Assembly: GCA_963801935.1 (NCBI GenBank)
Contig: CAWDHA010000032.1
Span: 18,602-82,601, forward strand
Length of the DNA: 64,000 nt
Source: an uncultured delta proteobacterium
GTDB lineage: Bacteria > Desulfobacterota > Binatia > UBA9968
Reading direction: 5' to 3'
Shown here: positions 37,746 through 48,914 of the stretch, piece by piece
Position numbering within the stretch: the first letter of the stretch is position 1
Layout: each line of letters opens with the position of its first letter
The notes under the pieces: generated by a model
The model's database searches: none
Seen by the model: the letters and a program-made list of their open reading frames with translations, nothing else
Told to the model about the DNA's origin: nothing
Program-made: the position numbers and the translations under genes

Positions 37746-39500
37746 ATGAGCGAAACAGCCACGGCCCATGCGGCCCATGGCCACCATCAAGAGCTCGGGT
37801 TCGTTGAACAAGTATATATTTTCGACTGACCACAAGATGATCGGCCGGCAGTTTCTGTTCATGGGACTTTTGATGCTGATCATCGGCGGTCTGCTGGCGA
37901 TGATGATGCGTTGGCAACTGGCGTGGCCCGAAACCGCTGTTCCGGGATTGGGCGCTATTCCGGAACCGTACATGTATGAAGGCGATCATCCCGCCGCAGA
38001 CTTACAACGCGCTGTTCACGATGCATGCCACCATCATGATCTTTTTCGTGGTCATGCCGATCATGGTCGGCGCTTTCGGCAATTTTCTCATCCCGTTGAT
38101 GATCGGCGCCGGCGACATGGCGTTTCCCAAACTCAACATGTTATCTTTCTGGGTCGGCGCCGCCGGCGGCGTCTTTATGCTGGCGAGTTTTTTCGTGCCT
38201 GGCGGTCCGGCCGCCGGCGGCTGGACGAGCTACGCGACGTTATCGGCCAAAGCGCAGTACACCGGCGTCGAATGGGGCCAGCATCTCTGGATCATCAGCC
38301 TGCTCGTGTCCGGCGCTTCTTCTCTAATGGGCGCCATCAACTACATCACGACGATCGTCAACATGCGAGCGCCGGGCATGACTTATTTCCGCATGCCGCT
38401 GACGGTCTGGTCGCTTTTCGTTACTGCGATACTGTTGTTGCTGGCGTTGCCGGTGCTGACGGCGGCCCTGGCGATGCTGCTTTTCGACCGCATGGCAGGC
38501 ACGAGTTTCTTCTTGCCGGAGGGCGGCGGCGAGCCGCTGCTCTGGCAACATATGTTCTGGTTCTTCGGCCATCCCGAAGTTTATATTCTGGTCTTGCCGG
38601 CGATGGGCGTGACCTCAGAGTTGCTGTCGACTTTTTCGCGCAAGCCGATCTTCGGCTATCACGCCATGGCCTTTTCCATGATCGCCATCGCGTTTCTCTC
38701 CTGGATCGTCTGGGGCCATCACATGTTCATGAGCGGTATGAATCCACTGCTCGGCACCGCCTTTATGATGACGACCATGGTGATCGCCGTGCCCTCGGCC
38801 ATCAAAATCTTCAACTGGCTCGGCACCTTGTGGGGCGGGACCATTCGCCTGACCTCGCCGATGCTCTTTGCCCTGGGATTTGTCTCGAATTTTTTGATCG
38901 GCGGTCTTAGCGGCATCTTCATGGCTTCGACGCCGGTCGATATTTTTATTCACGATACCTATTACATCGTCGCCCACTTCCATTACGTCGTCGCCGGCAT
39001 CATCTTCGCGTTGTTCGCCGCGGTTTATTACTGGTTCCCGAAGATGTTCGGACGCATGATGAATGAAGAGCTGGCGAAGATTCACTTCGTGCTGACCTAT
39101 ATTTTTTTTAACGGCGCTTTTTTCCCGATGCATTTTCTCGGCGTCGGCGGCCATATGCGGCGGATCTACAACCCGATGCAGTACGAGTTTATCCAGCCGA
39201 TGCAGCATTGGAACGTCTTCATTACCGTCAGCGCGTTGATTCTCGGCGTGTCGCAGATCTTTTTCCTGTATAACTTTCTCGTGGAGCCTCGTTCGCCGGC
39301 AAGAAAGCCGAAAGCAATCCCTGGCAGGCCAATACCCTGGAATGGACCGCGCCGTACGCCGCCGCCGCATGGCAATTTTGCTCGTGACGCCGATGGTCTA
39401 CCGCGGCGCCTTACGAGTATAGCTCGCCGGAAGTGAAGGAGGATTGGTTGCCGCAGAACGAAGGTCTTACGCGGCAGGGCGGCGGCGCGGCGCGCATTGA
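37746..39500 (+). CDS. coxA: cytochrome c oxidase subunit I (A1 type), several frameshifts
   Basis: TDHKMIG, FTMHAT, FGHPEVY, WGHHM and AHFHY motifs. Confidence 0.93.
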
Positions 39501-39516
39501 GGACAAGCGAGCAACA

Positions 39517-40482
39517 ATGAATTCACACGGCTAAGGTTCGGCTTCAAGGTCCTTTTCGCCCTGGCCGCATCGCCTCGCCGTGCTCACGGCGGTGGCGACC
39601 TTTCCGTTGCTTTTTATCGGCGGTCTGGTGACGAGCAAAGGCGCCGGCCTGGCAGTGCCCGATTGGCCGACTACTTTCGGCTACAACATGTTTCTCTATC
39701 CGTGGTCAAAGATGGTCGGCGGCATTTTCTACGAGCATAGCCATCGCCTGGTCGGCTTCGTTCGTCGGTTTGCTGCACGATTGTTTTGGCGCTCGCTTTT
39801 GGTTCAGAGAATCGCGGCAACTGGCTGCGCTGGCTCGGTGTCGTGGCACTGGCGATGGTGATCGTTCCAGGGTGTTCTCGGCGGCCTGCGCGTGGTGCTT
39901 GCTTGAGCACACTCTGGCGATCGTCCACGCTTGCTTTCGCCCAGGCTTTTTTTGCTTTCGTCGTTGCCTTGGCGGTTTTTACTTCTCCAGAGTGGCGCAG
40001 CCGGCTATAGCGAGCGACCGATCGAGGACGGCGGCAGGTTGCGGCGGCTCTGCGCCATCACCACGGCGATGATCTATCTCCAGGTCGATCTTCGGCGCGG
40101 TGCTGCGCCATACGGGCGCGCGGCTCGATGCTCATCTGCTGTTTGCCGTGTTGGTCGCCGTCCATGTCGTGCTGACTGCTCTTCGCGTGTGCGCCGCGAT
40201 CTATCAACCTCGCTCGGCGCGCTGCGCCTTGCAGGCGCTCTCGGGATACTTTTGCTGCTGCAGTTGCTGCTCGGCACCGGCGTCTTACCTCGGCAAGTTT
40301 ACTGCCAGCGGGCGAATGGCCGCTGAGGCCGTGGTTTATATCACGACGATCCATCTTGCCGTCGGCGCGCTGATGCTGGTCGACGAGCGTGATCTTGACG
40401 CTTGCGAGCGCTAGCGCCTGTCAAGGGCGCGAGAGCTTTCTCCGGCGCACGCCAGTTTTGTGGGAGCAGTCTTCTGCTATGA
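39517..40482 (+). CDS. ctaA: heme A synthase (COX15/CtaA), many frameshifts; end approximate
   Basis: GGLVTSKGAGLAVPDWP, EHSHR, LRH and TTIHLAVGA fragments spread across frames. Confidence 0.8.
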
Positions 40483-41386
40483 ATACCACTCCAATGACCG
40501 CAGGTTGCGGAGGCGAGCGCGCTCCGCGCGCGGCGGACTTACGCAGAGCTGACCAAGCCGCGCATCGTTTTGATGATTCTGGTCACCGCGTTTGTCGGTT
40601 TCTATCTCGGTTCGGCGAGCGTTCCCAATTATTTAAGGCTCTTGCAGATGCTTTTCGGCACGGCGCTGGCCGCCGGCCGGCACGCTGGCGCTTAACCAGG
40701 TGATCGAACGCGATACCGACGCCATGATGGAACGAACGCGCCACCGCCCATTGCCCGACGGCCGCCTGCAAGCGCGCGACGCGCTATGGTTCGGTTTGTT
40801 GCTCACCGTTGCCGGCCTGCTCTATTTGGCATTGGCGGTGAATTTTTTGAGCGCTGCTGTAACCGCGCTGATCACCGTGAGTTATCTGCTTTGTTATACG
40901 CCGATGAAGCTGCGTAGCTCGCTTTGCGTGCTGGTGGGCGCGGTGCCGGGCGCCTTGCCGCCGGTGATCGGCTGGGTCGGCGCGCACCGGCAGTCTTGAT
41001 GTCGGCGCCTGGGTTTTGTTCGCCATCATGTTCCTCTGGCAGGTGCCGCACACCTTGGCGATCGCCCGCCTTTATCGAAAGGATTACGCGCTACGCCGGG
41101 ATCCAGTTTCTTCCGGTGATCGATCTGAACGGAGCGAGCACCAATCGCCAGATTATCAGCCACACGGCGGCGCTTGCTGGCGGTAAGTCTGCTGCCGACG
41201 TTGCTCGGCTTGGCGGGCCCGGTTTATTTCGTCGTCGCGTTTGTTCTCGGCATGGGCTTTCTGGCGAGCGGAATCGCGTTGGCCTTGGAGTCGACGTGCC
41301 CAAGGCGCGGACGCTTGCTTTTTGCTTCGCTTATTTATCTGCCCGTGCTGTTGTTGGTAATGGCTTTGGATCGGGTGCCGCTATGA
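40479..41386 (+). CDS. ctaB: protoheme IX farnesyltransferase, many frameshifts
   Basis: LTKPRI, NQVIERDTDAMMERTRHRPLP, YTPMK, GALPPVIGW, WQVPH and ASLIYL fragments. Confidence 0.85.
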
Positions 41387-41508
41387 ATCCAATACCATGG
41401 AAGGTGAATTGGTCGGACGCAGGCAAGTTGCGCCGTTTCGGCTTGTTTCTGGGCTCGGCGATTGCCTTGTACGTTTTCGCGGTGATGCTGTTTATCATTG
41501 CCTACTGA
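41383..41508 (+). CDS. small single-TM protein in the cox operon (41 aa)
   Basis: ATGA overlap with the ctaB stop; hydrophobic C-terminal helix. Confidence 0.5.
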   Translation: MNPIPWKVNWSDAGKLRRFGLFLGSAIALYVFAVMLFIIAY

Positions 41509-41519
41509 AGTTGTTGACC

Positions 41520-42183
41520 ATGGCGAGAAATTCAGCCGCGCGCAAATTTGATGAGCCGGAGCCCGCGTGCCAGCGCGAGAACCGACTTTTGGTGGAGGCG
41601 ATCCGCCGGCGCCGCCGGTACGGCCCAACAAACTGGTGCTAACAATGCCAGGCTCGGCACGATCATGTTACTCGGCGCCGAGACCATGTTTTTCGCCGGG
41701 CTGATCGGCGCTTTCATGGTATTTCGCGTCGGCGCGACCAACTGGCCGCCGCCCTTTCAGCCGCGCTTGCCGGTCGGCGTGACCGGCGTCAACACCGTGA
41801 TCTTGCTCATCAGCGCTTTGACGATGCGCTTGAGCGTGACCTCGATGCGGACCGGGCGATATAAGCGGCGCGAAGCGCTTTCTAGCGTCAACTGCTCTTC
41901 TCGGCGCGCTGTTTCTCGTCATTCAGGGCTCTGAATGGATCCAGCTGTGCATTTCGGTCTGACGGTTTCCAGCAGTGTTTACGGCGGCTTGTTTTACGCG
42001 CTGATCGGCTTCCACGGCCTTGCATGTTCTCGGCGCCCTGGTTTGGCTGCTTGCGGCATATGGGCAAACGCGCAGCGGCCGGTTCTCTCCGAAGGACTAC
42101 AATGGTATACAGACCTGCGGCATGTATTGGACTTTTGTCGTTGCGCTGTGGCCGGTGCTTTACGGTTTGGTCTATCTCTGTAG
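41520..42183 (+). CDS. cytochrome c oxidase subunit III family protein (first), frameshifted
   Basis: LGAETMFFAGL, NTVILLIS, FYALIGFHG and YWTFV fragments. Confidence 0.82.
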
Positions 42184-42193
42184 ATCTGGTTAG

Positions 42194-42222
42194 TTGACAG
42201 CGAAAAATCGTTACGCTAATTT
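42194..42222 (+). promoter_or_regulatory. putative internal sigma70 promoter
   Basis: TTGACA-N17-TAATTT upstream of the ATG at 42238. Confidence 0.45.
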
Positions 42223-42237
42223 GCTTTTGCTTCAGAC

Positions 42238-42501
42238 ATGATTAGAAATCCCGAAACTTACGGCATTATTGCCGCTGCTCGCGGCTTTTTTTGGACGCCT
42301 GCCGCTGCTAAGCGCTGCTCGGTATGCGTCAGCGGCGCGAACGATCCGACGGCGGATGCCTATGGTTGGAGCGTGCTATTTCTGATGGCAACGCCCTATC
42401 TAGTCGTCGGTTCCATTGCTGGTGAGCTGTTTATCGTGTACCGCCGCGGCGCGGCGCAACAGGAGCAGACAGCAGCGCAGCGGAAGCGCTCGTTCAATTA
42501 G
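42238..42501 (+). CDS. small CxxC membrane protein found in cox clusters; frame uncertain
   Basis: CSVC followed by SVLFLMATPYLVV TM segment. Confidence 0.55.
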   Translation: MIRNPETYGIIAAARGFFWTPAAAKRCSVCVSGANDPTADAYGWSVLFLMATPYLVVGSIAGELFIVYRRGAAQQEQTAAQRKRSFN

Positions 42502-42526
42502 CTTTGGATCAGGAGGAGAGCGGCAG

Positions 42527-43136
42527 ATGAGTGATGTTGCAGTGATGCAGCGGAGATCAAGCCGACAGAAACGCCCTTACCCCGGAGAGTTGGGGCAAGC
42601 TCGGCATGTGGCTATTTCTTGCCGGCGACGCCATGTCGTTCGGCGGTTTGATTGTCGGCTACGGAATATTGCGCTACGCCAGCAGCGACTTGGCCGGTGC
42701 CGGCTGAGGTGTCTCGGGCATCAATCTGACCGCGCTCATGACTTTCTTGCTGATTGTCAGCAGCGTCACCATGGTGCTGGCCTGGCGGCGCTGCAGGATG
42801 GCGACAAAGCGCAAATTCAACAAATTCATGGGCTTGACGATTTTGGGCGGAGCGATTTTTCTGGGCTGCAAGCCTACGAATGGACCCATCTGATCAGTCA
42901 TACCTTGCCGCATCACAATTTGTCTTTTTCCAAGGATCTGTTTGCCACGACCTTTTTTGTCCTCACCGGTTTCCATGGCATGCACGTGACCGGCGGGGTG
43001 ATCTATAACATCTGTGTATTGGCCGCGGTCAACCGCGGCCGCTATCAAGCCAAACATGTGGAGATCGCCGGGCTCTATTGGCATTTCGTCGATCTGGTCT
43101 GGATACTTGATTTTTACTTTCGTTTATTTGCTCTAG
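42527..43136 (+). CDS. cytochrome c oxidase subunit III family protein (second), frameshifted
   Basis: KLGMWLFL, TFLLIVSS, FFVLTGFHGMHV and GLYWHFVDLVW fragments. Confidence 0.85.
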
Positions 43137-43156
43137 CGCGAGACCAGAGGAGTGCC

Positions 43157-43439
43157 ATGAGTCAACAGCAGCCCATTCGCAACCCAATTACATCAAGATT
43201 TTCTGTTATTCTGGCAGTGCTCACGTCATCGAAGTCGGGATCGTCTATCTGGGTCTGCCCAAGCACGCTGCTTGCTGTCGTTCCTGGTTGTCTTGGCTGT
43301 ATGGAAGGCGGCGTTGGTGGCGATGCACTTCATGCATCTCAAGTTCGAAAAGAAGACTCTTGGCGGTGATCGCTCTCATGCCTTTCGTTCTCTGTGTTTT
43401 CTTGATCTTGATGTTGTTGCCGGATATCTACCCACGTGA
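43157..43439 (+). CDS. cytochrome c oxidase subunit IV family protein, frameshifted
   Basis: KAALVAMHFMHLKFE motif; GAGGAG RBS. Confidence 0.75.
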
Positions 43440-43883
43440 TTTCCGTCTCCAACTCCCGACTCTCAATGCGGCGCTGAATACACTCAGCGCCGTTTTTCTT
43501 TTGCGCCGGCTATCTTTTTATTCGCGCTAAGAATAGCGATGCCCATCGCGCCTGCATGCTGGCGGCGTTCGCGTGCTCGACTTTGTCTTCTTGGTTTCTT
43601 ATCTCATCTACCATTACCAGGTCGGCTCGGTAGAATTTCAAGGGCAGGGCTGGATTCGTCCCGTCTATTTTACCATTCTGATCACCCATACGATTCTCGC
43701 GACCGGCGGTGGTGCCGCTGGCTTTGATCACCTTGGTCGCGCGCCTTGCGTGAACGATTCGACGCGCACCGCCGCATCGCGCGCTGGACGTTACCGATCT
43801 GGCTCTATGTTTCGGTGACCGGCGTGATCGTCTACTGGATGCTCTACTGGCTCTGGCGCATCGCCCGGTACAAAAGGGTCTGA
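43436..43883 (+). CDS. DUF420 family membrane protein, frameshifted
   Basis: [26 protein letters not shown] and [19 protein letters not shown] fragments. Confidence 0.82.
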
Positions 43884-43943
43884 GATAGTAAAAAGCCGTT
43901 CCGACGAAGCGATGGTTGCGACGGCTTTAAGGAGAGGGCACCT

Positions 43944-44792
43944 ATGGGAGCGAAATCCATCGGTATTGTCGGCTGCGGCGCGATCGGCAAAGCGCTGCTC
44001 GAAGCCGGTCGAGACCGCAAGCTCGCGGTGCGCGTTGCCGGCGTGACCAGCCGGACGGAAAAAGCGCGCGGCAATTTCTCGCGGCGTTTACGAACCCGCC
44101 GCCTTATCTGATCGTTGAAGGACTTGATAGCCGCCGCGGACTTGATCATCGAAGCCGCAGGCGGCGCAGTCTGTGCCGAGTTGGCCGACAAAGTTTTCGC
44201 CGCAGGAAAAGATCTGATGGTGATCAGCGTCGGCGCCTTGCTCGATCATCCGGAAATCATGGAACAGTCGCGCCAAACCGGCTGCCGGCTTTACTTGCCG
44301 TCGGGCGCGATCGCCGGTCTGGACGGGATCAAGTCCGCATCGGTCGGCCGGATCACGCATGTGACACACACCACGCGCAAGCCGCCCGGCGGTCTGGAAG
44401 GCGCGCCTTATCTGGTCGAGCGCGGAATTTCACTCGCCGGACTGAAGGAAGAAAAAGAAGTTTTTTCCGGATCGGCGCGCGAAGCATGCCGCGGATTCCC
44501 GGCCAACGTCAACGTTACCGCGGCGGTGAGTCTGGCGGGGATCGGACCGGATCAAACGCGGGTGCGCATCTTCGCGGTGCCCGGCCAGGCGCGCAATTGC
44601 CATGATATCGACGTCGAAGGCGAGTTCGGCTTGCTCCACGTCCATATCGAAAATGTCCCCAGCGAAAATCCCAAGACCGGGAAGCTCACTGCGTTATCGA
44701 TCATCCGCGCGGTGCAGGACGCGGTCGATCCGGTGCGGATCGGCAGATGGCGTGAAAAGTCAGATGATTGTTGCGATCGGCGATTCGCGTGA
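43944..44792 (+). CDS. nadX: L-aspartate dehydrogenase-like protein (NadX/DUF108), frameshift near 44100
   Basis: IGIVGCGAIG, IEAA, SVGAL, PSGAIAGLD, TRKPP, FPANVNV and NPKT motifs. Confidence 0.8.
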
Positions 44793-44858
44793 ACGTACAG
44801 GAGTATGCGTCGCATCGGACATCGCGCGCCTCGCCTCGAGCCTTTTCGAACGGCCTCA
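44752..44858 (-). repeat. Diverged inverted copy of family R1
   Basis: Reverse complement contains gaggcgaggcgcgcg and tactcctgtacgttcacgcgaa, matching the R1 interior at 36103-36160. Confidence 0.65.
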
Positions 44859-44982
44859 ACTGTGAACGAGTGGTTTTATAGGGTGCGCTTGCACACCATT
44901 CTCCCGATGCTGCGCAATCGCACCTACACGGCTGAACCTATTTGAACGGTCGCCAATCCGTGTAGCGAAGTTTCGAAGCGAC

Positions 44983-46592
44983 ATGAATAACAGCGATCTC
45001 ATCGTCCGCATGCTGGAACAAGCCGGCGTGCGCTGGGTCTTCGGCGTGCCCAGCGGTCCGGTTTTGCCGCTGATCGAAGCGCTGCGGCAAAGTTCGGTCG
45101 ATTTTGTTCTCGACCGCCAGCGAGACTTCGGCTGGCTTTCATGGCTACAACCGTCGGTTATCTGACCGGCGTTCCCGGCGTGTGCGTTTCCACCGTGGGT
45201 CCCGGCGCGACCAATCTCACCACCGGCGTCGGCTCAGCCTGGCTCGACCGCGCGCCGGTGCTGGCGATCACCTGCAATGTCGCGATCGCCGTGGCTCGAG
45301 CGGCGCATCCAAATGCGCATCGATCACCATGCGCTCTTCAGGCCGCTGACCAAGGCGACTTTTGCGCTCCGCGACGGCCGCGTTGGCGCGAGTTTGGCGC
45401 AGGCGCTGGCGATTGCGACCGCAGAACCGCCCGGCCCGGTGCATCTCGATTTGCCCGAGGACATTGCCGTGCTGCGACGGCAAGGAGCGCGCGCTGCCGC
45501 ACCAGGGCGTGGCAGGCTGCCCGATCTATCGCGCGAGATCGCTCGGTTAGGATCTCGACGGCGTTGCGAAACGCGCGCCGTCCGTTGCTCGTCACCGGAT
45601 CTGAGCTTTACGCGCAGCAAGGCACCCGCAGCGCTTCTACGAGTTCATCGAGCGACAGAAGATTCCTTTCGTGACGACGCTGCACGCCAAAGGTTTTCTG
45701 CCCGAGAGTCATCCGCACTGGGCCGGCGTCATCGGCCGGGCGCGGCGCACCGACGTGAAAGCCTTTACCGACCGGGCCGATCTAATTCTGGCTGTCGGCT
45801 ACGATCCGATCGAAATCAACTATGAAGAATGGGCCGGCAAAACTCCGCTGGCGTTCATATCAGCAGCGAAGCGGCGGAGACCGGCACGAATCTAAATTTC
45901 GCTTGGAACGAGGCCTGCGATCTCGATGGCGCGATCGAGGCGCTTGGACGATTGCCGCGGCTGCACGAACGATTGGAGCGCCGCAGAGTTGCACCAACAT
46001 CGTCGAGCACTGGAGCGCGCGCTGCGTCCGCGCTGCCAGCGGCTTCGCGCCCCATCACGCGTTCGACATCCTGCGCGAGCAGCTGCCCGCAGACGGCATC
46101 CTCGCTTACGACGTCGGCGCGCACACGCATCAGATCGCCAGCCAGTGGCGCACCGATCTGCCGAAGACTTTGCTCGCGACCAATGGCTGGTCGTCGATGG
46201 GCTACGGCATGCCGGCCGCCTTTGCGGCGAAGCTGGTTCATCCCGAGCGCCCGTTGTCTGCGTCGTCGGCGACGGCGGCTTTCAGATGACCGCGGGCGAG
46301 CTGGCGACTGGCGCGCCGGCTGAATCTCGCGGTGCCGATGATCGTGCTCAACGACGGCTGGCTCGGCCTGATGAAAGTGAAGCAGGAGCGCAAACACTAT
46401 CCGCTTGTCGGGTGTTCACCTCGGCGAGCCGCCGGAGTCGCCGCCGCATTATTTCGGCGTGCCTTGCCGTCGCCGCCAAAACAGCCGAGCAATTTCGCGA
46501 GGCGCTCGATTGGGCATTCGCCCTAGACGGCCCCAGCGTCATCGAAGCTTTCATCGATGCCGAAGTCCTATTCAGACACTGTTTTCGATTGA
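44983..46592 (+). CDS. thiamine diphosphate-dependent enzyme (acetolactate synthase-like), many frameshifts
   Basis: VFGVP, STVGPGATN, PPGPVHLDLPED, YDVGAH, SSMGYGMP and GDGG..ND motifs. Confidence 0.85.
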
Positions 46593-46605
46593 TCGCGACT
46601 CTTCC

Positions 46606-47825
46606 ATGACCGACTCCGCGGCTCGCGCGCGATCGCTTTCGCTGGACCATTCTCGTCCTGATCAGCGTCTCGCATATCATCGGCGCCGCGGCGCAGTACG
46701 GCATCAACACGCTGGCGCCCTTCTACAAAGACGAGCTCGGGCTTAGTCGCGCGCCAGGTCGGGTTGTTTTTCTCGGCGTTTTATCTGCGCCATGACCGGC
46801 GCTTCTTTCGGCACCGGCTGGCTCGCCGACCGCTTGGGTGTGCGCAGGACGACCTTGCAGGGGCATGTGTTCGTCGGCGTCTGCACCGTCGCCGCGGCGT
46901 TTGCTCCGTCCTTTGCCTGGGCGTTGCGTGAGCTTTTTTCTCGCCGGACTGGGCTACAGTTTCTTCAATCCGGCTTCGACTAAAGGCGTGATGGCCTGGT
47001 TTCAGCGCGACGAGCGCGCCACCGCCATGGGTATCAAACAAACCGGCGTTCCGGCAGGCGGCGTGGTCACCGCGATGCTCGCGCCGCCGATGGTTTTGCT
47101 GATCGGCTGGCGCGGCGCTTTGGCGGCGCTGGGAATCATCAATTTTGTTTTCGGATTTGTTTTCTCCTGGCTCTGGCGCGACCCGGCCAACGACTTCGAT
47201 ACCGATCGCCGCGAAGACCGCGCCCGAGCTGAGACAGGACGCCGCTGAACATCGGCGGATTTCTCGCCGCAGCTGCGGCACCGCGCTGTATCTGATCGGC
47301 CAGATGGCGTTGATCACTTACGTGCCGCTGTATCTGAAAGAGTCCATGGGATTCTCGGCGTATTGGGCGAGCCAGGCCCTGGCGGTGACTCAGGCAGGCG
47401 CTATGGTCGGGCGCGTCGGCTGGGGAGTGGCCAGCGACAAAATCTTCGGCGGGCGGCGCAAGATCGTGCTACTTATTATCGGGCTCTTGAGCGTCGTCCT
47501 GATGAGCGCTCTCAGCGTCATGACCCGCGCTGCGCCGGTCTATTTACTGCTGCTGATCGTTTTTTTCCTGGGCCTTTGCATCATCGGCTATCAGGGGGTG
47601 TCGTACACCCTGATCGGCGAGCTGGCGGCAACCCAGCGCACCGGCGCCGCGATGGGCCTGATGATCACTATCAACGCCGCCGCCGCAACGTTCGGAACGC
47701 CGCTGTTCGGTTACATCGTCGATCAAACCGGCTCCTACGCCGTCGCATGGCAGGCGCTTGCCGCAGCGATCGCCATGGGTTGCGTTGGGCTCATGCTGTT
47801 TCTCGAAGAAACGCGCCGCGCGTAG
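46606..47825 (+). CDS. MFS transporter, frameshifted
   Basis: GWLADRLGVRR motif A, WF..ERATAMGIKQTG and GVASDKIFGGRR. Confidence 0.85.
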
Positions 47826-47884
47826 CAGCAAGTTACTGGACGAAGAAGCACGGCCGCAAAATTATCTCTCGAAAATTTTTGTTG

Positions 47885-47913
47885 TTGACAAACGCGGGAG
47901 CTGGGATTAGCCT
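47885..47913 (+). promoter_or_regulatory. sigma70-type promoter of the candidate ncRNA
   Basis: Perfect TTGACA, 17-nt spacer, TAGCCT; AT-rich UP-like tract upstream. Confidence 0.7.
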
Positions 47914-47920
47914 TTATTCA

Positions 47921-48309
47921 GATCCATTAAACGTCGCTCGGCGTGGGGGCAAATGGATCGCACGAATCGCGGGCCCCCGAAGGAAAAAACCGGCGAAAGG
48001 AGAGCTCAGAATGGAAATTGGTGCTCCACCGGATCATCCATGCCCGCCGTACGCGGGCCGTCAGCTGTCTGGGTCGAAGGCTGCTCTCGCGCTAAGGGTC
48101 CCCGCTAGACCTCAAACGTATTGCCTGTCGGCAAAAGTCGCCTAGGCGACAAATAAGGAAGGTCGCAAGCGGCAGGAGGCTCTGAAGCGCGGTCCAGGAA
48201 ACTGGCGAGACCGTCGCACATCGGGCTAACAAAGAAAAAAACAAATAGAAATTTTACGCGCGAATGCGCAAGGAAGAGCATCTTACCCGAGTAAGATGCT
48301 CTTTTTTTT
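47921..48309 (+). ncRNA. candidate structured noncoding RNA of about 390 nt, family unassigned
   Basis: Lies between a promoter and a terminator; at least eight predicted helices and a possible 5' pseudoknot; no recognisable protein. Confidence 0.55.
48274..48309 (+). terminator. intrinsic terminator
   Basis: Perfect 13-bp stem AAGAGCATCTTAC-CCGA-GTAAGATGCTCTT running into a T tract on the plus strand. Confidence 0.88.
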
Positions 48310-48321
48310 CCGACGCGACAG

Positions 48322-48615
48322 CTAGCCTACGACCTCATAGGTTTTGACCTGTACTTTGGCGACGTTCATCAGCGCGCGGGTATGTTGCTGGATCGTCCGA
48401 TGGGCGTCACTGATCCGATAGCGATCGATCACTTCCTGGTTATCCCAAGTGCTGAGCGAAATGAATTCACCCGGATTTTCCCGGTTACGCAAAAGCTGCT
48501 CGCTCTTGCAGCCCGGCTGCTCGATCAACAGGGCGCCGCAGTCTTCTTTCCATAAGCGTTCGGCCTCGGCGATGTTTTCCGCGGGCACATTGACGAGAAT
48601 CATGCGCGTGATCAT
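48322..48615 (-). CDS. antibiotic biosynthesis monooxygenase (ABM) domain protein
   Basis: QPGC..EQLL..PGEFISLSTWD..YR.S.AH pattern; AAGGAG RBS. Confidence 0.82.
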   Translation of the reverse strand: MITRMILVNVPAENIAEAERLWKEDCGALLIEQPGCKSEQLLRNRENPGEFISLSTWDNQEVIDRYRISDAHRTIQQHTRALMNVAKVQVKTYEVVG

Positions 48616-48914
48616 GGGTGCTGCTCCTTATTAGTTGGCGCGGGTCTCTCCTCCATGTCCGGCGGAGGATCGATCTCATTGGCCTTCTATGCGCGGCGCT
48701 AAAATTTGTCAAGCAATAAGTTTTTCGCCAGTGGTTCAGTATGATTGCCGCGCCGGAAATTTAGCGCCACAGCCACTGCTCCAAGCACCTTAGCAGGAGC
48801 TCGACCCCCAGGGTTTTTTTGATGCCGCGAAAGCTTGCGCGCCAGCGTGCCGGGATGAGTGAAGTTGTCGTTCTCCGCCGGTAACGCTACAATATCTGCG
48901 CTTGGAGCTCTCTT

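Noticed and set aside
47957-48085. c-di-AMP riboswitch (CCGTCAGCT) or RNase P RNA (GAAGGAAA) identity
   Set aside because: Only isolated words match. The GGGGGA..GGGG.GAA core and the GAGGAAAGTCC/P4 partner are absent, and no co-oriented gene lies downstream to regulate.
47945-48309. tmRNA or tRNA-Ala-like identity (GGGGGCAAATGG start; TGCTCCACC at 48022-48030)
   Set aside because: No T-arm GTTCRA, no 3' acceptor strand with CCA at the expected distance, and no tag ORF ending in an ALAA-like sequence.
48740-48860. Possible riboswitch or attenuator upstream of the arginine catabolic pair
   Set aside because: Only a short GCTCC/GGAGC hairpin and a weak stem with a T run; no recognisable guanidine or other aptamer consensus.
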